The notes under the pieces: model-generated
The model's input: the letters and a program-made list of their open reading frames with translations, nothing else
Database searches by the model: none
Told to the model about the DNA's origin: nothing
Made by a program: the position numbers and the translations under genes
In this document: positions 24,790-38,640 of the stretch, piece after piece
Layout of the letters: the number at the start of each line of letters is the position of its first letter
Position numbering within the stretch: position 1 is the stretch's first letter
Source of the DNA: Octopus vulgaris
Taxonomy: Eukaryota
Assembly: GCA_951406725.2 (NCBI GenBank)
Contig: OX597831.1
Location: forward strand, 31,062,001-31,126,000
Direction: 5' to 3'
Length of the DNA stretch: 64,000 bases

Positions 24790-25582
24790 CTATCTATCTA
24801 TCTGTTTCTCTCCCTCGCTTTCTTCTTTTCCTCTTCACTTCTCTTCCCTATTTTTATCTGACTCTTACCTATCAAGGAAATGCTGTAGTGTGATGTTAAC
24901 TCCAAGATGTCAAGCGCCGCTAATGAACTTAGATTAGCTAGGAGACATATACAGCAGAAATCTTTTGAGAAATGTATACGTGTATATGTTTGTGTATATG
25001 TGTTTGTATGTCTAAATGCGTGTGGCTGCTTTAAATGCGAATGAAGAACGTGTTACAGCAATGTGGTTGGTTTTATATACTGGGTATCCTGAAAGTATTT
25101 GGTACTATCTGCTCGTGAAATTATCTTTAATTATACAATATGTATTGGGACCTCACTATTACGAACAGGTCATGACATCTATTTTTAAGGCTAAATTTAA
25201 CTCTCGAGACAATTTGGAGTCTCTATATGGCCACACCAACTGCTAGAAGAATCCCCCCCCCCCAAAAAAAAATCCTCAGATCACATCATCCTCATCATAC
25301 AAATGAAAGAAGGACGCATTAGATAATATATTCCGAGATAACTTCATCCTATGTGCTATAGTCGCTAAGATCTTTTATGTTTTCCGTTTGCAATCTGCAG
25401 CAGACCCCACAAATTTTCAGGTGAGTAAATTTGGAACAACATAAAATGAACTTCTTGTTAACATTGAACAAATGTTTTGTAGCATTTCTTCGGCTTTTTA
25501 TGTACTGAAGTTTAAATTCTGACGAGGCTGGTCTTCGCCTTTCATCCTTTCGGAGTCGATAAAATGGTACCGCTTCAGAGCT

Positions 25583-25923
25583 TCTACAACTGCTTCTACA
25601 ACGGCGCTTAAGGTGGTTCGGTCATGCGGCCTGGCGTCCAGAGGGTGAGCTGATTCGCGATGTCCTCCTCCCACCTCCACTTCCTAACTGGCGCAAACGC
25701 ACGGACGGGCAGCTGAAGACCTGGGCAACGACGATAAAAGAGGACCTCTCCGAACTCTCAATTTCGCAGGTGGTCGTTCTGCGCAGATGGAACCGCGAAT
25801 GGCTCGCTATCTCCAGTGACCTCGCACAGGATCGTGGAGCGTGGGCCGCCATGATTCGTGGTACCGTCAGGACCAGAGAAGAAGCCGGCCCAACCCGCCC
25901 TGGGTGAACGCCGTCACACAACT
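25583..25923 (+). mobile_element. 5'-truncated RTE-clade LINE inserted into a SINE A (about 25470-26000), 11-bp TSD
   Basis: RLRWFGHAAWRPEGELIRDVLLPPPLPNWRKRTDGQLKTWATTIKEDL..LAQDRGAWAAMIR (RTE ORF2 C-terminus); GCTTCAGAGCT at 25572-25582 and 25924-25934. Confidence 0.88.
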
Positions 25924-26317
25924 GCTTCAGAGCTAGAGTTGACGCAATAAACTTTCCCTCTCCTCAAAACTGCTGGCCTTATGCCAAAATTAGAAAGAAT
26001 TTCCATATAGCTCTATCTAATGGATCATTCTTCCTTAAGAAAGCAGTCCCTTATTGATGATAGGTTTGAAAGTAGCTGTTTGAAATATTCACTTGTGACT
26101 TGATAAATATTTTTGACATGTTTCTCCTGGTTTTCCGATCGAAGTCTACTATGATCCATATCAAAGAGTTGATCATTGATTTCTCTCATCAATTACAGTT
26201 TAGAACATTACAATTTTAATACAAACGTAGATTGATAGAAAAGTTAGGGCGTCGAATAAAATTACTTGTTTCAGTGAATTACGCCTTTATTTTTCATCCT
26301 TTATCGAACTTTTCATC

Positions 26318-26790
26318 CAACATAGAGCTAAAGATCAGCGAAAAAGAGAACACCTACGCTGAACCACTGAGAAATTTACAACTACTCTACCCGAATTACA
26401 AGTTCAGGTTTATACCTGTAATTGTTGAGGGGCACTGGGATATTTGATAAACCGCCTTTAAACTGTCTTTAAAAATTTGGATTCTCAAAACCAGGAAGGA
26501 GAAATCTAATGAGAAGATTATAAATTGAAGCCATAAATGGAACTGTCAAACTCTGTAAAACTTTCCAGAAGTTTAGCAACAAGTATATATGCGCATGTTT
26601 GGACATGCAGCTATATGCATGAGAATACATACATAGAACAAAACATACAAATCTGCTTATGCGCTGATTCCAAATATTGCACACATACACACAATTATGC
26701 ACAAATATCTTATTCATGTTTAAAATTTCAATGAAAGAGCTTCTTTGGATCTAGGCTGGTTCTTTATTAGCTAGAAAAGTTCGATAAAAT
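26318..26790 (+). mobile_element. RLE-type (R4/Dong-like) non-LTR retrotransposon 3' fragment
   Basis: KISEKENTYAEPLRNLQLLYPNYKFRFIPVIV.GALG-type C-terminus; homologous to 28712-29146 in opposite orientation. Confidence 0.7.
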
Positions 26791-27134
26791 AATCTATAAT
26801 ATAAAGCGTCTGTGTTCTTTAGACTGAATGCAGATAACGTTGATTCTTAACTCTACTTTTATCCTTCTGGCTTCCATAAATTTCCCGTTACATTGCCCTC
26901 ACTCTTTCTGTTTGAAGTTCAAAAACCGTTTCGGTTAACTTTACCTTTCATCCTTGCTGACTCGATAAAAAATAAAGGAGTTAGATTGTCATAGCTCACG
27001 CTCTGTGTTTAAGTCCTGCTGATGTCAACTTTTCCCTTCATTCTTCCGAAGATCAACAACATGACCTACCTGTCGAATACTGGAGTCTATTTATCGACGA
27101 ACCCCTCCCTACATAAATTTAGGCTTTGTAGCTA

Positions 27135-27527
27135 TACTCTTTTACTTGTTTCAGTCATTTGACTGCGGTCATGCTGGAGCACCGCCTTTACTCGAGCAAA
27201 TCGACCCTGGGACTTATTCTTTGTAAGCCCAGTACTTATTCTATCGGTCTCTTTTGCCGAACCGCTAAATGACGGGGACGTAAACACACCAGCATCGGTT
27301 GTCAAGCAATGCTACGGGGATAAACACAGACACACAAACATATACACACACATACATATATACGACAGGCTTCTTTCAGTTTCCGTCTACCAAATCCACT
27401 CACAAGGCTTTGGTCGGCCCGAGGCTATAGTAGAAGACACTTGCCCAAGATGCCACGCAGTGGGACTGAACCCGGAACGATGTGGTTGGTTAGCAAGCTA
27501 CTTACCATACAGCCACTCCTGCGCCTA
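27135..27527 (-). mobile_element. SINE B, full length, nested in the tail of a SINE A
   Basis: Family B; flanks read through as SINE A tail GGCTTTGTAGCTA|TGTTAGAAAAAATTAT. Confidence 0.9.
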
Positions 27528-27837
27528 TGTTAGAAAAAATTATATATCGATCTAATCGGTTTTGCTTCCGAATCTTTGTTACTTTAATCATATTTGCTCC
27601 GTTTTACACTTCGGCATTTGATAGGTGTTTGTCGTGTTCGACAACGTTTATAGAAATTGGATCCGAAACTTTTAAGATGACCATAGGACGTCGTATTCCA
27701 CACCAGAGTTATTTTCTATTTATTAGTCATTCTCAAAGGCTGTGATATCCCTTCCTTGTTTCACTTGAGTTAAAGTGAGTACAATTCGACTGCCCAGGAA
27801 TTGAAGTCATACCTATTAGCGCTATCATTTATTGTAT

Positions 27838-28153
27838 GAGGGCGCGTGGCTTAGTGGTTAGGGCATTCGGCTCATGATCGTAAGGTTGTGAGTTCGATTC
27901 CCGGCGACGCGTTGTGTCCTTGAGCAAGACACTTTATTTCACGTTGCTCCAGTCCACTCAGCTGGCAAAAATGAGTTGTACTTGTATTTCAAAGGGTCAG
28001 CCTTGTCACTCTCTGTGTCACGCTGATTATCCCCGAGAACTACGTTAAGGGTACACGTGTCTGTGGAATGCTCAGCCATTTGCACGTTAATTTCACGAGC
28101 AAGCTGTTCCGTTGATCGTATCAGCTGGGACCCTCGTCGTCGTAACCGGCGGA
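27838..28153 (+). mobile_element. Chimeric SINE: family D head joined to family C 3' body
   Basis: Head as 17536 copy; from about 27975 matches 41378-41543 (GTCACGCTGA.TATCCCCGAGAACTACGTTAAG..CTCGTCGTCGTAACC). Confidence 0.85.
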
Positions 28154-28711
28154 GAAAGAAGAGATCATTTATTGTCCCATAAGCCGGTACGTAAATGCGG
28201 TACCGGAATTTAACAGCCTTAGATCTAACTGTTTCATGGTTGTAGGCATAATGTTCATTATTAAATAAAGACAACCAGATGGTATTCATCTCAATACTAG
28301 GCCACAAAAGAGGTTATCAGAGTTCAACGTATGCGCTGATTCTTTCAGTCATCTTATCTTCCAGTGTTGTGCCATATCTATTTGCTTCCTAAATGTTTTC
28401 TGTTCCTTGCTTACGATTTTACGTGATAGTATTATCATCATAGAAATCAAGCTTAAAACCCATGGATCGCTGTAGTAGACTTAGATTGCTACGAAATGTG
28501 TTCATGCTGTACGTTTTACTTGAGAAATAATTATTGTGTGTACGTGTGTTTGTGTGTGAGTGTACGCATGTATTTCTGTAAGCGAGTGTATATACATGTA
28601 TTAATATGTGTGTAGGCATACACATACAAACACACACACTTACGCATACGCACACACACACTCACACGTAGTTATGTGTATATACATATGTATGTTTGTA
28701 TGTATGTCTTT

Positions 28712-29420
28712 CTTATTCAGTTTTATTTCTAGAATTCTTGCCAATAGTGAAAGAGCCGGTTTCTAACCTACATCCAAAGCTCTTTCATTGGAATTATAAA
28801 CATTAATAAAATATTTGTGAATAATGGGGTGTATATGTCCAATATTTTTAATCTCCGCATGAGCAGATTTGTATGTTTTGTTTTATGCATGTATTTTCAT
28901 GCATATAGTTACATGTCCAGACATGCGCATATATACTTAGATGCTAAACTTCTGGAATGTTTGACAGTTCCATTTATGGCTTCAAGCTATAATCTCTTAA
29001 TTAGCTTTCTCCTTTAAGGTTTTGTGAATCCTAATTTCTCAAGACTGCAGCAAAAGCAGTTTGTTACATATCCCAGTACCCACCAATAATTACAGGTATA
29101 AACCTGAACTTGTAACCCGAGTAGAGTAGTTGTAAATTTCTCAGTTTACAACTACTACAGTTTGGGTTTTCTGGGAAATTGATTTCCGTTGCTAGTTTCT
29201 CTTCTCGTTCCCAAATCACTATGTCAGGTTAATTATGCTGACATTATATTGAGGTTTTCACTGGGACATTCCACCAGTTCTTTTTCATAATATCAGTGGC
29301 TATCGCCTCTACTACAATGTGAGCTCTTATCACTCAGGCCTCAGAATTTTCCTTCTTGGCTACAATAATATTTCAGACTAATTATAGGCTTTTGCTGACA
29401 TCTCGAAATAATAAACAAAG
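28712..29420 (-). mobile_element. RLE-type (R4/Dong-like) LINE 3' fragment
   Basis: WWNVPVKT..HN*PDIVIWEREEK...EI.FP (PD..D/E endonuclease motif), then FIPVIIGGTG. Confidence 0.75.
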
Positions 29421-30325
29421 GCTCATTTGTATAAAAAATATGGTACACAAACACTTAAAACATACATATATATACATACAAATTCTGCATAGCAAAATTT
29501 TCTTCTCACTAAAAGTTCCAAATGACTTGTGAGATATATATAGAAATATAAGTGCATCCCTCATTGCAGTGTTAGTGGCCAGCTGCTGTCACTAAATTTG
29601 AATGACACGTTTCTGTAAGATACTTGAGTGAAAACCACATAGACTCCAGCTACACTGTAGCTGATGAATAACACAGCATACTTCCTCCTCTTCCCACTCT
29701 CTATTTTTAACGGTCAGGTTACTGAACCTCCAGGTCTCAACAATTTACATTTCCGTTTCAAACATCGTCACGCTTCGTCTTCCCGGTCACTTACAATCAT
29801 TTTTACACTTCACCACACTTACCATAACGAAAACTCAATACTCCACTCATACCACTTTTGTTAGCAACTTCCTCAATTCTTTTTACACTTCCACTTACCA
29901 CTTACGTTGAACATACCTTCTCCACTTTTTCCTACTAAGTTCGTTTGCCACTTTCAGCCGCCACTTTGCCCAAGTCTACCCACTTGAGCTCAATAGCTTC
30001 CTAGTCGATTGCTCTTTTCTCTACTAGTATTTCACGCCTCACCCGTTCTATCGCGTTTCATCCACCACCTCAAACTCGTACTTTTTAACATATACGTATT
30101 GTATTGCATCCATTGAATATTTTCATCTCAATAAATCCTTTTTACTCTCACTCAAACACCCATTTTGTTTCTCTCCATGACGACAGCCTGTAAATCGAAA
30201 CCTGAAATAATGTTTTCTCTTTCTACGCGTCAGACTTTCACAAAAAATAAATCTATTGTATTATTAATCATCTTGTTCTTGCACTTTTGAAAATATATAA
30301 ATAAATATACACATCATACAATTAC

Positions 30326-30386
<61 letters not shown>

Positions 30387-30543
30387 CATATATATATATA
30401 TATGCGTGTATGTATATATATATATAATAAATATATATGCGTGTATATATATATACACATACATATATATATATATACATATGCATATGTGTGTGTGTGT
30501 GCGTGTGTGCGTATGTATATACATATCAGCATAGTAAGGATTA

Positions 30544-30594
<51 letters not shown>

Positions 30595-30605
30595 TACATA
30601 TATAT

Positions 30606-30657
<52 letters not shown>

Positions 30658-30839
30658 TCTTAACTAAATTTATGTATGCACACACAAACAAAAAACATGT
30701 AAATTCCCATTGAAAATGAGATACTTGAATGGCTTTGCAATTCCGAATTTGCCTTTAACTTGCTTCAGCAATCTCATTTAATGTTATCTTCCCCTCACAT
30801 TTTACTCCTTCTTAATATATATGTATGTACATATGTATG

Positions 30840-30873
<34 letters not shown>

Positions 30874-30906
30874 TGTATGTATGTATGTATGTATGTATGT
30901 ATGTAC

Positions 30907-30937
<31 letters not shown>

Positions 30938-31126
30938 TGTATGTATGTATGTATGTATGCATGCATGCATGCATGTATATATATATATATATATATGTGC
31001 GTGTGTGTGTATGTATATATATCCCTTATTTCGCTATTTGTCTGTCTCATTTTGTTGCAATTTTTCTTTCTGCATATATATATATGTACGTATGCATGAC
31101 TGCGGGTTCGTATTTATGCATACTTA

Positions 31127-31165
<39 letters not shown>

Positions 31166-31443
31166 ATACTTACATGTGTAAGTATATATACATTGTTTAA
31201 ATGTATATGTATGGATTTATATATATGTATATACATATAGGTATATATATATATATGCATCTATATATATTATTTATGTATATGTATGTGTGTATCTATC
31301 TATCTATCTATATATATATATATATATATATATTACATTACATTATATTACATTATATTATATTATTTTATATTATATTATATTATGTTATATTTTATGA
31401 TATATTACATTGTATTATAATATATTATATATATATATATATC

Positions 31444-32711
31444 TTGGGTTGGCAACTAAGTTCCCGCCGTTTTTAAAATTTTGGAATTTATTGCGTTTTT
31501 TAAATTTTGGAATCTACATTTTTCGAATATTCTATTTTTGAATCATCTTGGAACCTATTCTTTTTTCTAGTTAATTTTAGTTAATTTTTGTTTATTTTCA
31601 TGTCATTAAAATGGAATATCAAGTTAAGAAAAATGAGCATTTTCGGCACCCCCTTCTTTTTGCTTTTAATCAAGGTTCTAAGCCCGCAAAAGATGCTCGC
31701 ATCATTTATTTAGCATATGGAGAGGGTGCCATAGCTGAAAGAACCGCTCGTGATTGGTATGCCAAGTTCAAAAATGGAAATTTTGACCTCAAAAACGCAC
31801 CTCGTTCTGGCCGTCCAGTTGGGTTCGATGAAGAGCGATTAAACCAACTTTTGCATGAAAATTCTCGTCAAACAACAAGGGAACTGGCAGAGAAAATGTA
31901 ATGCTCCCACACTGCTATAGAGAAGCATCTTCACTCGATGTTCAGAAATATGGAGCATGGGTTCCGCATGCTTTAAGTGACGACAACAAAAATCAACGAG
32001 CCACAATCTCTGCTGGTTTGCTTGCTCGTCACCGCTCAATTCATGGACACAAGCAACGATTTCTTTACCGAATCGTTACTGGAGACGAAAAATGGTGCCT
32101 GTGCATGAATATGAAGCAGCGTAAGGAATCGCTTGGCCCCGGTAAACAAGCGACACCGCGCGTGAAAAAAAGATCTTCATCAGCGTAAAACGATGGTGTG
32201 CGTATGGTGGGACTGGGAAGGGATTATCCATTACGAATTGCTTGAACAGAACCAAATGGTCAACGTAGAACTCTATGTTCAACAGATGGAATGACTCAAC
32301 ACGGCTATTCAAGAGAAAAGAGCTAATCGGCAGCATGCAGTTCTTCTGCTGCATGACAACACCCGCGACAACACCCTCATAACGCCAATATGACCAAGGA
32401 AGCCATTCAAACACATGGCTGGGAAGTGCTGCCACACCCGCCGTACTCTCCTAATTTGGCACCAACGGATTCCCACCGCTTTGCATCTCTTTCAAATGCT
32501 ATGCGCGGAGTTTAGCTTGGTTGCATCAATTTTTCGAGTCGAAATCAGGTGATTTCTACCAACGAGGTATTGAAAATCTTGTTGAACGTTGGGAAGAAGT
32601 TGTAAACAACAAGGGTGAACACATTATTGATTAATTAGTTGTTATTTTTTATTAAGCCATTTAAAAACTTTAAATTTTAAAAAAACCGCGGGAACTTAGT
32701 TGCCGACCTAC
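31444..32711 (+). mobile_element. Mariner transposon, near full length, with about 30-bp TIRs
   Basis: TTGGGTTGGCAACTAAGTTCCCGCCGTTTT and AAAACCGCGGGAACTTAGTTGCCGACCTAC; left end next to TA tract, right end followed by TA. Confidence 0.95.
31611..32634 (+). pseudogene. Mariner transposase pseudogene (stops and frameshifts)
   Basis: EHFRH.LLF, PRSGRP, WVPHAL, IVTGDEKW, LLHDNTR, HPPYSPNLAPTD motifs of mariner DD34D transposases. Confidence 0.93.
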
Positions 32712-33639
32712 TAAAGTACACAATAAAAATACAATATATAACGGACTTTCTTCTGCATTTTTTAACATAACCATCCAGTTATTCGACTAACCGAATGTCT
32801 TTCTCAGTGTAAATCAGAAATATTTCCCTTTACGTAACTGTGTGGTATGAACTGTGCAACTAACCAGGCTGATTTCTAAACAGTCTCCCCGAATACAATG
32901 TCAATCACAAGTACTGTGTTGACACGAGGTTGTGTTGAAGATACTTGGTCAAAATATAGTACAGTGGTAAAGAACGTAACTTAAATATCACGGTCAAAAC
33001 ATATGTTATGATACATTAGTATCATCAGAAAATATATTGGTGTTAATCTTAAGAGTTCTCCAAAATAACTTGCAGAAAAATTAACATGCGCACACAAAAT
33101 ATGCATAACTGTAGGGTTGTGTATGTGTGCGTATATAGGTGCGGATGTGTGTCTAGGTGAGTATATGCATGTGAGTTTGCGATAATATAATTCGGATATC
33201 GTTTCCGTTGTTTTTACAACTGAGTGCAATGGCTTTAGGTAAAATCTGATGTTGATAATACTTTTTTCTTTAATTCCGCTGATATGCAAATATTTTTGAT
33301 GAGAGCAGAGGCTTCAGTTTTCCTTTTTCTTTTTTTCTATTTGCTTTCGTTTTTTAACACATTTCTCTCTAGTTTGACTATTAGTTTATCACACCATGAA
33401 TAAACATTTACATTCGTCTATTGATTTTTATGCACGACTTCACAGTAAAATGAAGATGTTTCAGTAAACAAAAAAAAAATGACTTTGAATAATGGATTTT
33501 CCTTCATTTTTTTTTTTTTTTTACGTATGGAATTCCACCTTCAGAACCACTCATATTGGTTATCTAAACACTCTCATGTATGAGTGGTTAACGAAGATTA
33601 GAATTCGTAAAAAAAATATTTCTCATTATTGTATAAGAA

Positions 33640-33830
33640 GCCGGAGAAAATGCTCAGCAGTATCACCATTTTCCAGTCTTTACGTTCAGAGTTCAAATTT
33701 CGCTGAAGCCGACACTGCATTTCAACCGTGTGTGGTCGATGAAATAAGTACCAGTTAGACACTGAGGTCGATGTAATCGACTAGGCCATTCCACAAAATT
33801 TTACGCCCTATGCCTATAGTAGAAAGGATC
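33640..33830 (+). mobile_element. SINE A followed by long (ATT)n
   Basis: Family A body. Confidence 0.75.
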
Positions 33831-33831
33831 A

Positions 33832-33967
<136 letters not shown>

Positions 33968-34019
33968 GCGTTGTTGTTGTTTCTGTTGTTGTTGTTGTTG
34001 TTTATTATTATCATCATCA

Positions 34020-34087
<68 letters not shown>

Positions 34088-34566
34088 ATTGTTATTATTT
34101 TTATATATTTACTGCTGAACACAACAGACGTATTTTCGAAAGCCCAAAATATGTATTGTTTAAAACTTGTTTACACCCGTTTGTTGACGTTTTTTCGTTT
34201 AAAAATTGTTCTAGATTGTTAATAGACATTAGGTTCCTGTGTATTTGTTTAGCACCTAGTGAGGCTATATTCGACTCCAAATAAATTCGGTGGGCGTTTT
34301 AACCTAATATAAATAAACAAGATGGTAGAATGCATCTTGGAAGAGTTAAGGAAAAAAATTACATCTCCTGAAAGAGATTTTTTTAATGCTGAAGATTTCC
34401 CTCCTCTTCACCTCCGTTACTGACAACATTACAGGAGAGGGGGAGAAGAAAAAGAAGGGCGGAAAAGTTCAAAGTAGTAGCAGCGGTGAAAACATTGGCA
34501 AAATCAGTGACAGCAATGGATGGCGGCGGGGACAGCAGTGGCGGCGGCGATGATATTAAAGGGGCT

Positions 34567-34782
34567 TAAGGCGGCGAGCTGGCAGAAACGTTAGCACGCC
34601 GGGCGAAATGCTTAGCAGTATTTCGCCTGCCATTACGTTCTGAGTTCAAATTCCGCCGAGGTCGTCTTTGCCTTTCATCCTTCCGGGGTCGATTAAATAA
34701 GTACCAGTTACGCACTGGGGTCGATGTAATCGACTTAATCCTTTTGTCTGTCCTTGTTTGTCCTCTCTGTGTTTAGCTTGTG
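34567..34782 (+). mobile_element. Young SINE A with 21-bp TSD and Tx1-like tail
   Basis: GGCGATGATATTAAAGGGGCT at 34546-34566 and 34783-34803. Confidence 0.92.
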
Positions 34783-35346
34783 GGCGATGATATTAAAGGG
34801 GCTGAAGACAAACACTTTTCTCTTTGGCCAAACCATGATTAACTTCTTCAAGTTTCGCTTGAGGTGGAAAATAAGCGTAGAGAGGGAAGTGTTGCTTCCT
34901 AGCCAATTTGCTGAAAGATGGATGAAAGTGGCGTGAACAGGCCTGCTCTGAGCAAACGCGTATAATCGGAGAAGAGGAAATGAGAAGAGGCACCTGTCCC
35001 AGAAGTCAGGGCACTCGTTGTTTTATGGGGTTTTCCATGAGCAGCCATCGACCATCTCCTCCCTATTGAGGATTATAGACTGCTAGAATTTTTTTTTCTC
35101 CCATTATGTTAAACCTGTTGACACACAAAACCTTTACAACAACACACTCACACACATATCCACGTACATTCTTTATTTTGTCCTGTACTGTCGATAATGA
35201 TGGTCAAAAAAGAAATCATCATCATTCTTCTTCTCTTCTTCTTCTTCTTCTTCTCTTCTCCTCTTCTTCTTCTTCTTCTTCTTCTTCTCCTTCTTCTCCT
35301 TCTTCTTCTTCTTCATCATCATCATTATTCATCATCATTATTATTA

Positions 35347-35399
<53 letters not shown>

Positions 35400-35600
35400 G
35401 AATGAGAGAGCGGTGCATGCCATCAAAGTGACACTGAGATAAAATATACAAAACCCAGTATACTCATTATGACAACCCGTCTGATAACGGTACGCCAGGT
35501 ACTTGCATCACAACCATATGTGCGCGACATCGTGATCTCATATTAAGATAAACAGCTCTTAGAATTTTCTTCAGGTCGAGTAGCCCATTCCGCTCAAAAT
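35400..35600 (-). mobile_element. Partial copy of the (AAT)n-embedded element at 46037-46590
   Basis: GAATGAGAGAGC.GTGCATG.CATCAAAGTGACACTG.. directly after (ATT)n in both copies. Confidence 0.8.
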
Positions 35601-36047
35601 ATCTTTCTTTCTTTCTTCTCCTAACTTGTGTTTTTTTCTTTCTCTCCGTTGTAGCTGCAACAAAAAAGACGTGTTCTTATCTGTCTCCTGCCAAAGCTTG
35701 ATTTACGCGTTCACCTCCACAACCGCGTTTAGGCTTACCAGCCCTTCCTGTTTGTATTCACTGTCCTGTTTGTGCTACCAATTTTGACCCTCCACTAAAT
35801 CCCAAATTTGATTTAATTTGCTTTGCGGGAGCACCTCTTGTATCGAAAGCATATATTGTTGTTAAATGCTCGAAATACAAGACTAGAAAAACAGCCAACA
35901 ACTGATGAAGGGTCGTCCTTTATATTGTTTGTTTTGTTTTCCATTTGTGTCTTTCGTTGTTCGAAAGAATAGTTCGTGTCTCATGTACTTGTGCTTCGTA
36001 TTTTTTGTTGTTGTTGCACACGTTTCGTGACGTCCTGTGCCCACATA

Positions 36048-36088
<41 letters not shown>

Positions 36089-36119
36089 GTATAGAGAGAG
36101 AGAGAGAGAGATAGATAGT

Positions 36120-36166
<47 letters not shown>

Positions 36167-36198
36167 TATAGATATAGATATAGATATATAAGTAGTTT

Positions 36199-36232
<34 letters not shown>

Positions 36233-36324
36233 TATATAATAGAAATATTAAAATTACTAAGTCTCTATAAAATAGATTACGATAGATAGATAGAAGATTA
36301 ATAGTTATAGCCATAGATAGATAG

Positions 36325-36589
36325 ATTCTTATAGATAGAAGGATAGATAGCTGCCGCTATATCAGCTCCATAGGCCACCGCCATCATATATATATATATA
36401 TATACGATCTATATCCATATATAACCTTCGAACAAGGGAGGTCATGCCGTTTTTCAGACTGACCAACCCTTGTTTACCGGTAGATTTCGGTTATAATGAT
36501 GATACAGATCGTGTATCAATAGCTATCTTGATGGCGGTGGCCTCATGGAGCTGACCAGCGGCAGCGATTATTCTTATATCTATAAGAAT
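36325..36589. repeat. Imperfect fold-back of about 265 bp in TA/GATA context
   Basis: GCTGCCGCT..TCAGCTCCAT.AGGCCACCGCCATCA pairs with TGATGGCGGTGGCCTCATGGAGCTGA..AGCGGCAGC; inner ACGATCT.TATC and AACAAGGG also pair. Confidence 0.8.
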
Positions 36590-36609
36590 GTCATATTAAT
36601 ATGGCGATT

Positions 36610-36648
<39 letters not shown>

Positions 36649-37153
36649 ACTAACATACTCTTCTTCAAAGAGAAAAAAGCTGAAATTACCGAGACATTAT
36701 TAGAGATACGTACGTCATTACAGCAAAGGAAAAAAAAACTAATGAAGAAATATGGAAGATAATTGAAAACAAAAGATTGAAACTTGATAATTGTCAGGAA
36801 AGTATTTAAATATTGGTGCATTGTTGTACCACAATCTTATACTTTAACCTGGTGGCACTTAATTTTACTGGGAAGCAATACTACTGTATTGCACTGTTTA
36901 ATAATTATTTCTTTGAATACTTTTTCATGGTTCTCGGTCTGTTGGCGTCTAGGCGTTTCAAACGAGTATATGTTATTGATGTAGCCACATTTGAGATTTG
37001 AGAACTAATCAAATTTACATTAACAAACGTAATTTGCAAAGTTCGAAACCTAGATCCTAGATTATCCACATCTGGGTTGTACATTTATTTAGTGTTCTTC
37101 CTACAGGTAAGATGAAATATTTTTATGTTCGCCGCCCGCTAACATTTTTGCCA

Positions 37154-37249
<96 letters not shown>

Positions 37250-37326
37250 TGAAGCTTTAGACTGCTACTTCCAGTAAATATTGGTGCATTGTTGTAACAC
37301 TATCTTATATACATACATACATATAT

Positions 37327-37549
37327 ACTCTTTCTCTCTTTTTTCTTTTACTTGTTTCAGTAATTTGACTGCGGCCATGCTGAAGCACCGCCTTTAGTCG
37401 AACAAATCGACCCCGGGACTTATTCTTTGTAAGCCCAGTATTTATTCTATCGGTCTCTTTTGCCGAACCGATAAGTGATGGGGACGTAAACACACCAGCA
37501 TCGGTTGTCAAGAACAGACAGGAGACAAACACAAACACACAAACACACG

Positions 37550-37605
<56 letters not shown>

Positions 37606-37769
37606 TACGACAGGTTTTTTTCAGTTTCCGTCTACCAAATCCACTCACAAGGCATTGGTCGGCCCGGGGCTATAGCAGAAGACACTTGCCCAAGATGCCA
37701 CGCAGTGGGACTGAACCCGGAACCATGTGGTTGGTTAGCAAGCTACTTACCTCACAGCCACTCCTGCGC
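37327..37769 (-). mobile_element. SINE B, near full length
   Basis: Family B. Confidence 0.9.
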
Positions 37770-37774
37770 TATAT

Positions 37775-37805
<31 letters not shown>

Positions 37806-37824
37806 ATATATATATATATATATA

Positions 37825-37859
<35 letters not shown>

Positions 37860-37869
<10 letters not shown>

Positions 37870-38045
37870 CCGTTCTGTCTGTCTGTCTGTGTGTCTTCTA
37901 GGATCTCGGGCATCCCCCATCCGATTGCGCTCAAATTTGATATATAGATACCGACGGCATCAGGGCGTGTATAAGTCTTGAAAAAATTACAAAAATCGAT
38001 TCCAGGTGAGAATGCGATCTATAAAGCCGTGGGAACGTGCATTTG
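37860..38045 (+). mobile_element. Non-autonomous Helitron-like 5' segment
   Basis: TATATAAAATCCGTTCTGTCTGTCTGT..CCGATTGCGCTCAAATTTG is typical of non-autonomous Helitron left ends. Confidence 0.5.
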
Positions 38046-38586
38046 TAAAAGCGTTTTTCTTGGAATAGAAAAAAGTCTATCTTTATTTCTTCTTTTGCTG
38101 GTGTCTCAAATTTAGGTTAAATCAGTGTTTCCCAAAGGTGAGGTGTATGGGACGGTCGGACAAGTTGTTTTGAGAAAATTTGGTTTAAATGTTTGACAAC
38201 TCAGGACCGTCCATTGGATGTGGGACGTTTTACTCGTATATATATATATATATTATATTGTATATATATATATATATATACCTTCGGGAGACAATGGAGT
38301 TGCGCATGAAGTAGTCTAGTCCGGCTTTTATTTTTCCTTACATGTCCAGATGTGGTTGTCTAGTACTATCCTGACAAACACTCCCTCTTTGTACCGCAAA
38401 AAAAGGTTCGTTCCTGGCTTGGTTGTACGCCATCGTTCTCGTTGAGTTCTGCGTCTATTTGTTTCTCCTCTCTCTCTCGCGTCATATATATTGTATTCCC
38501 TCTTTTACTGTACGTCGCCATTCTTCACGGATGTAGGCAACTGCCTACATATTGATGTTGCAGGCCTTCATGTCCCTTTTGCAAAC

Positions 38587-38640
<54 letters not shown>

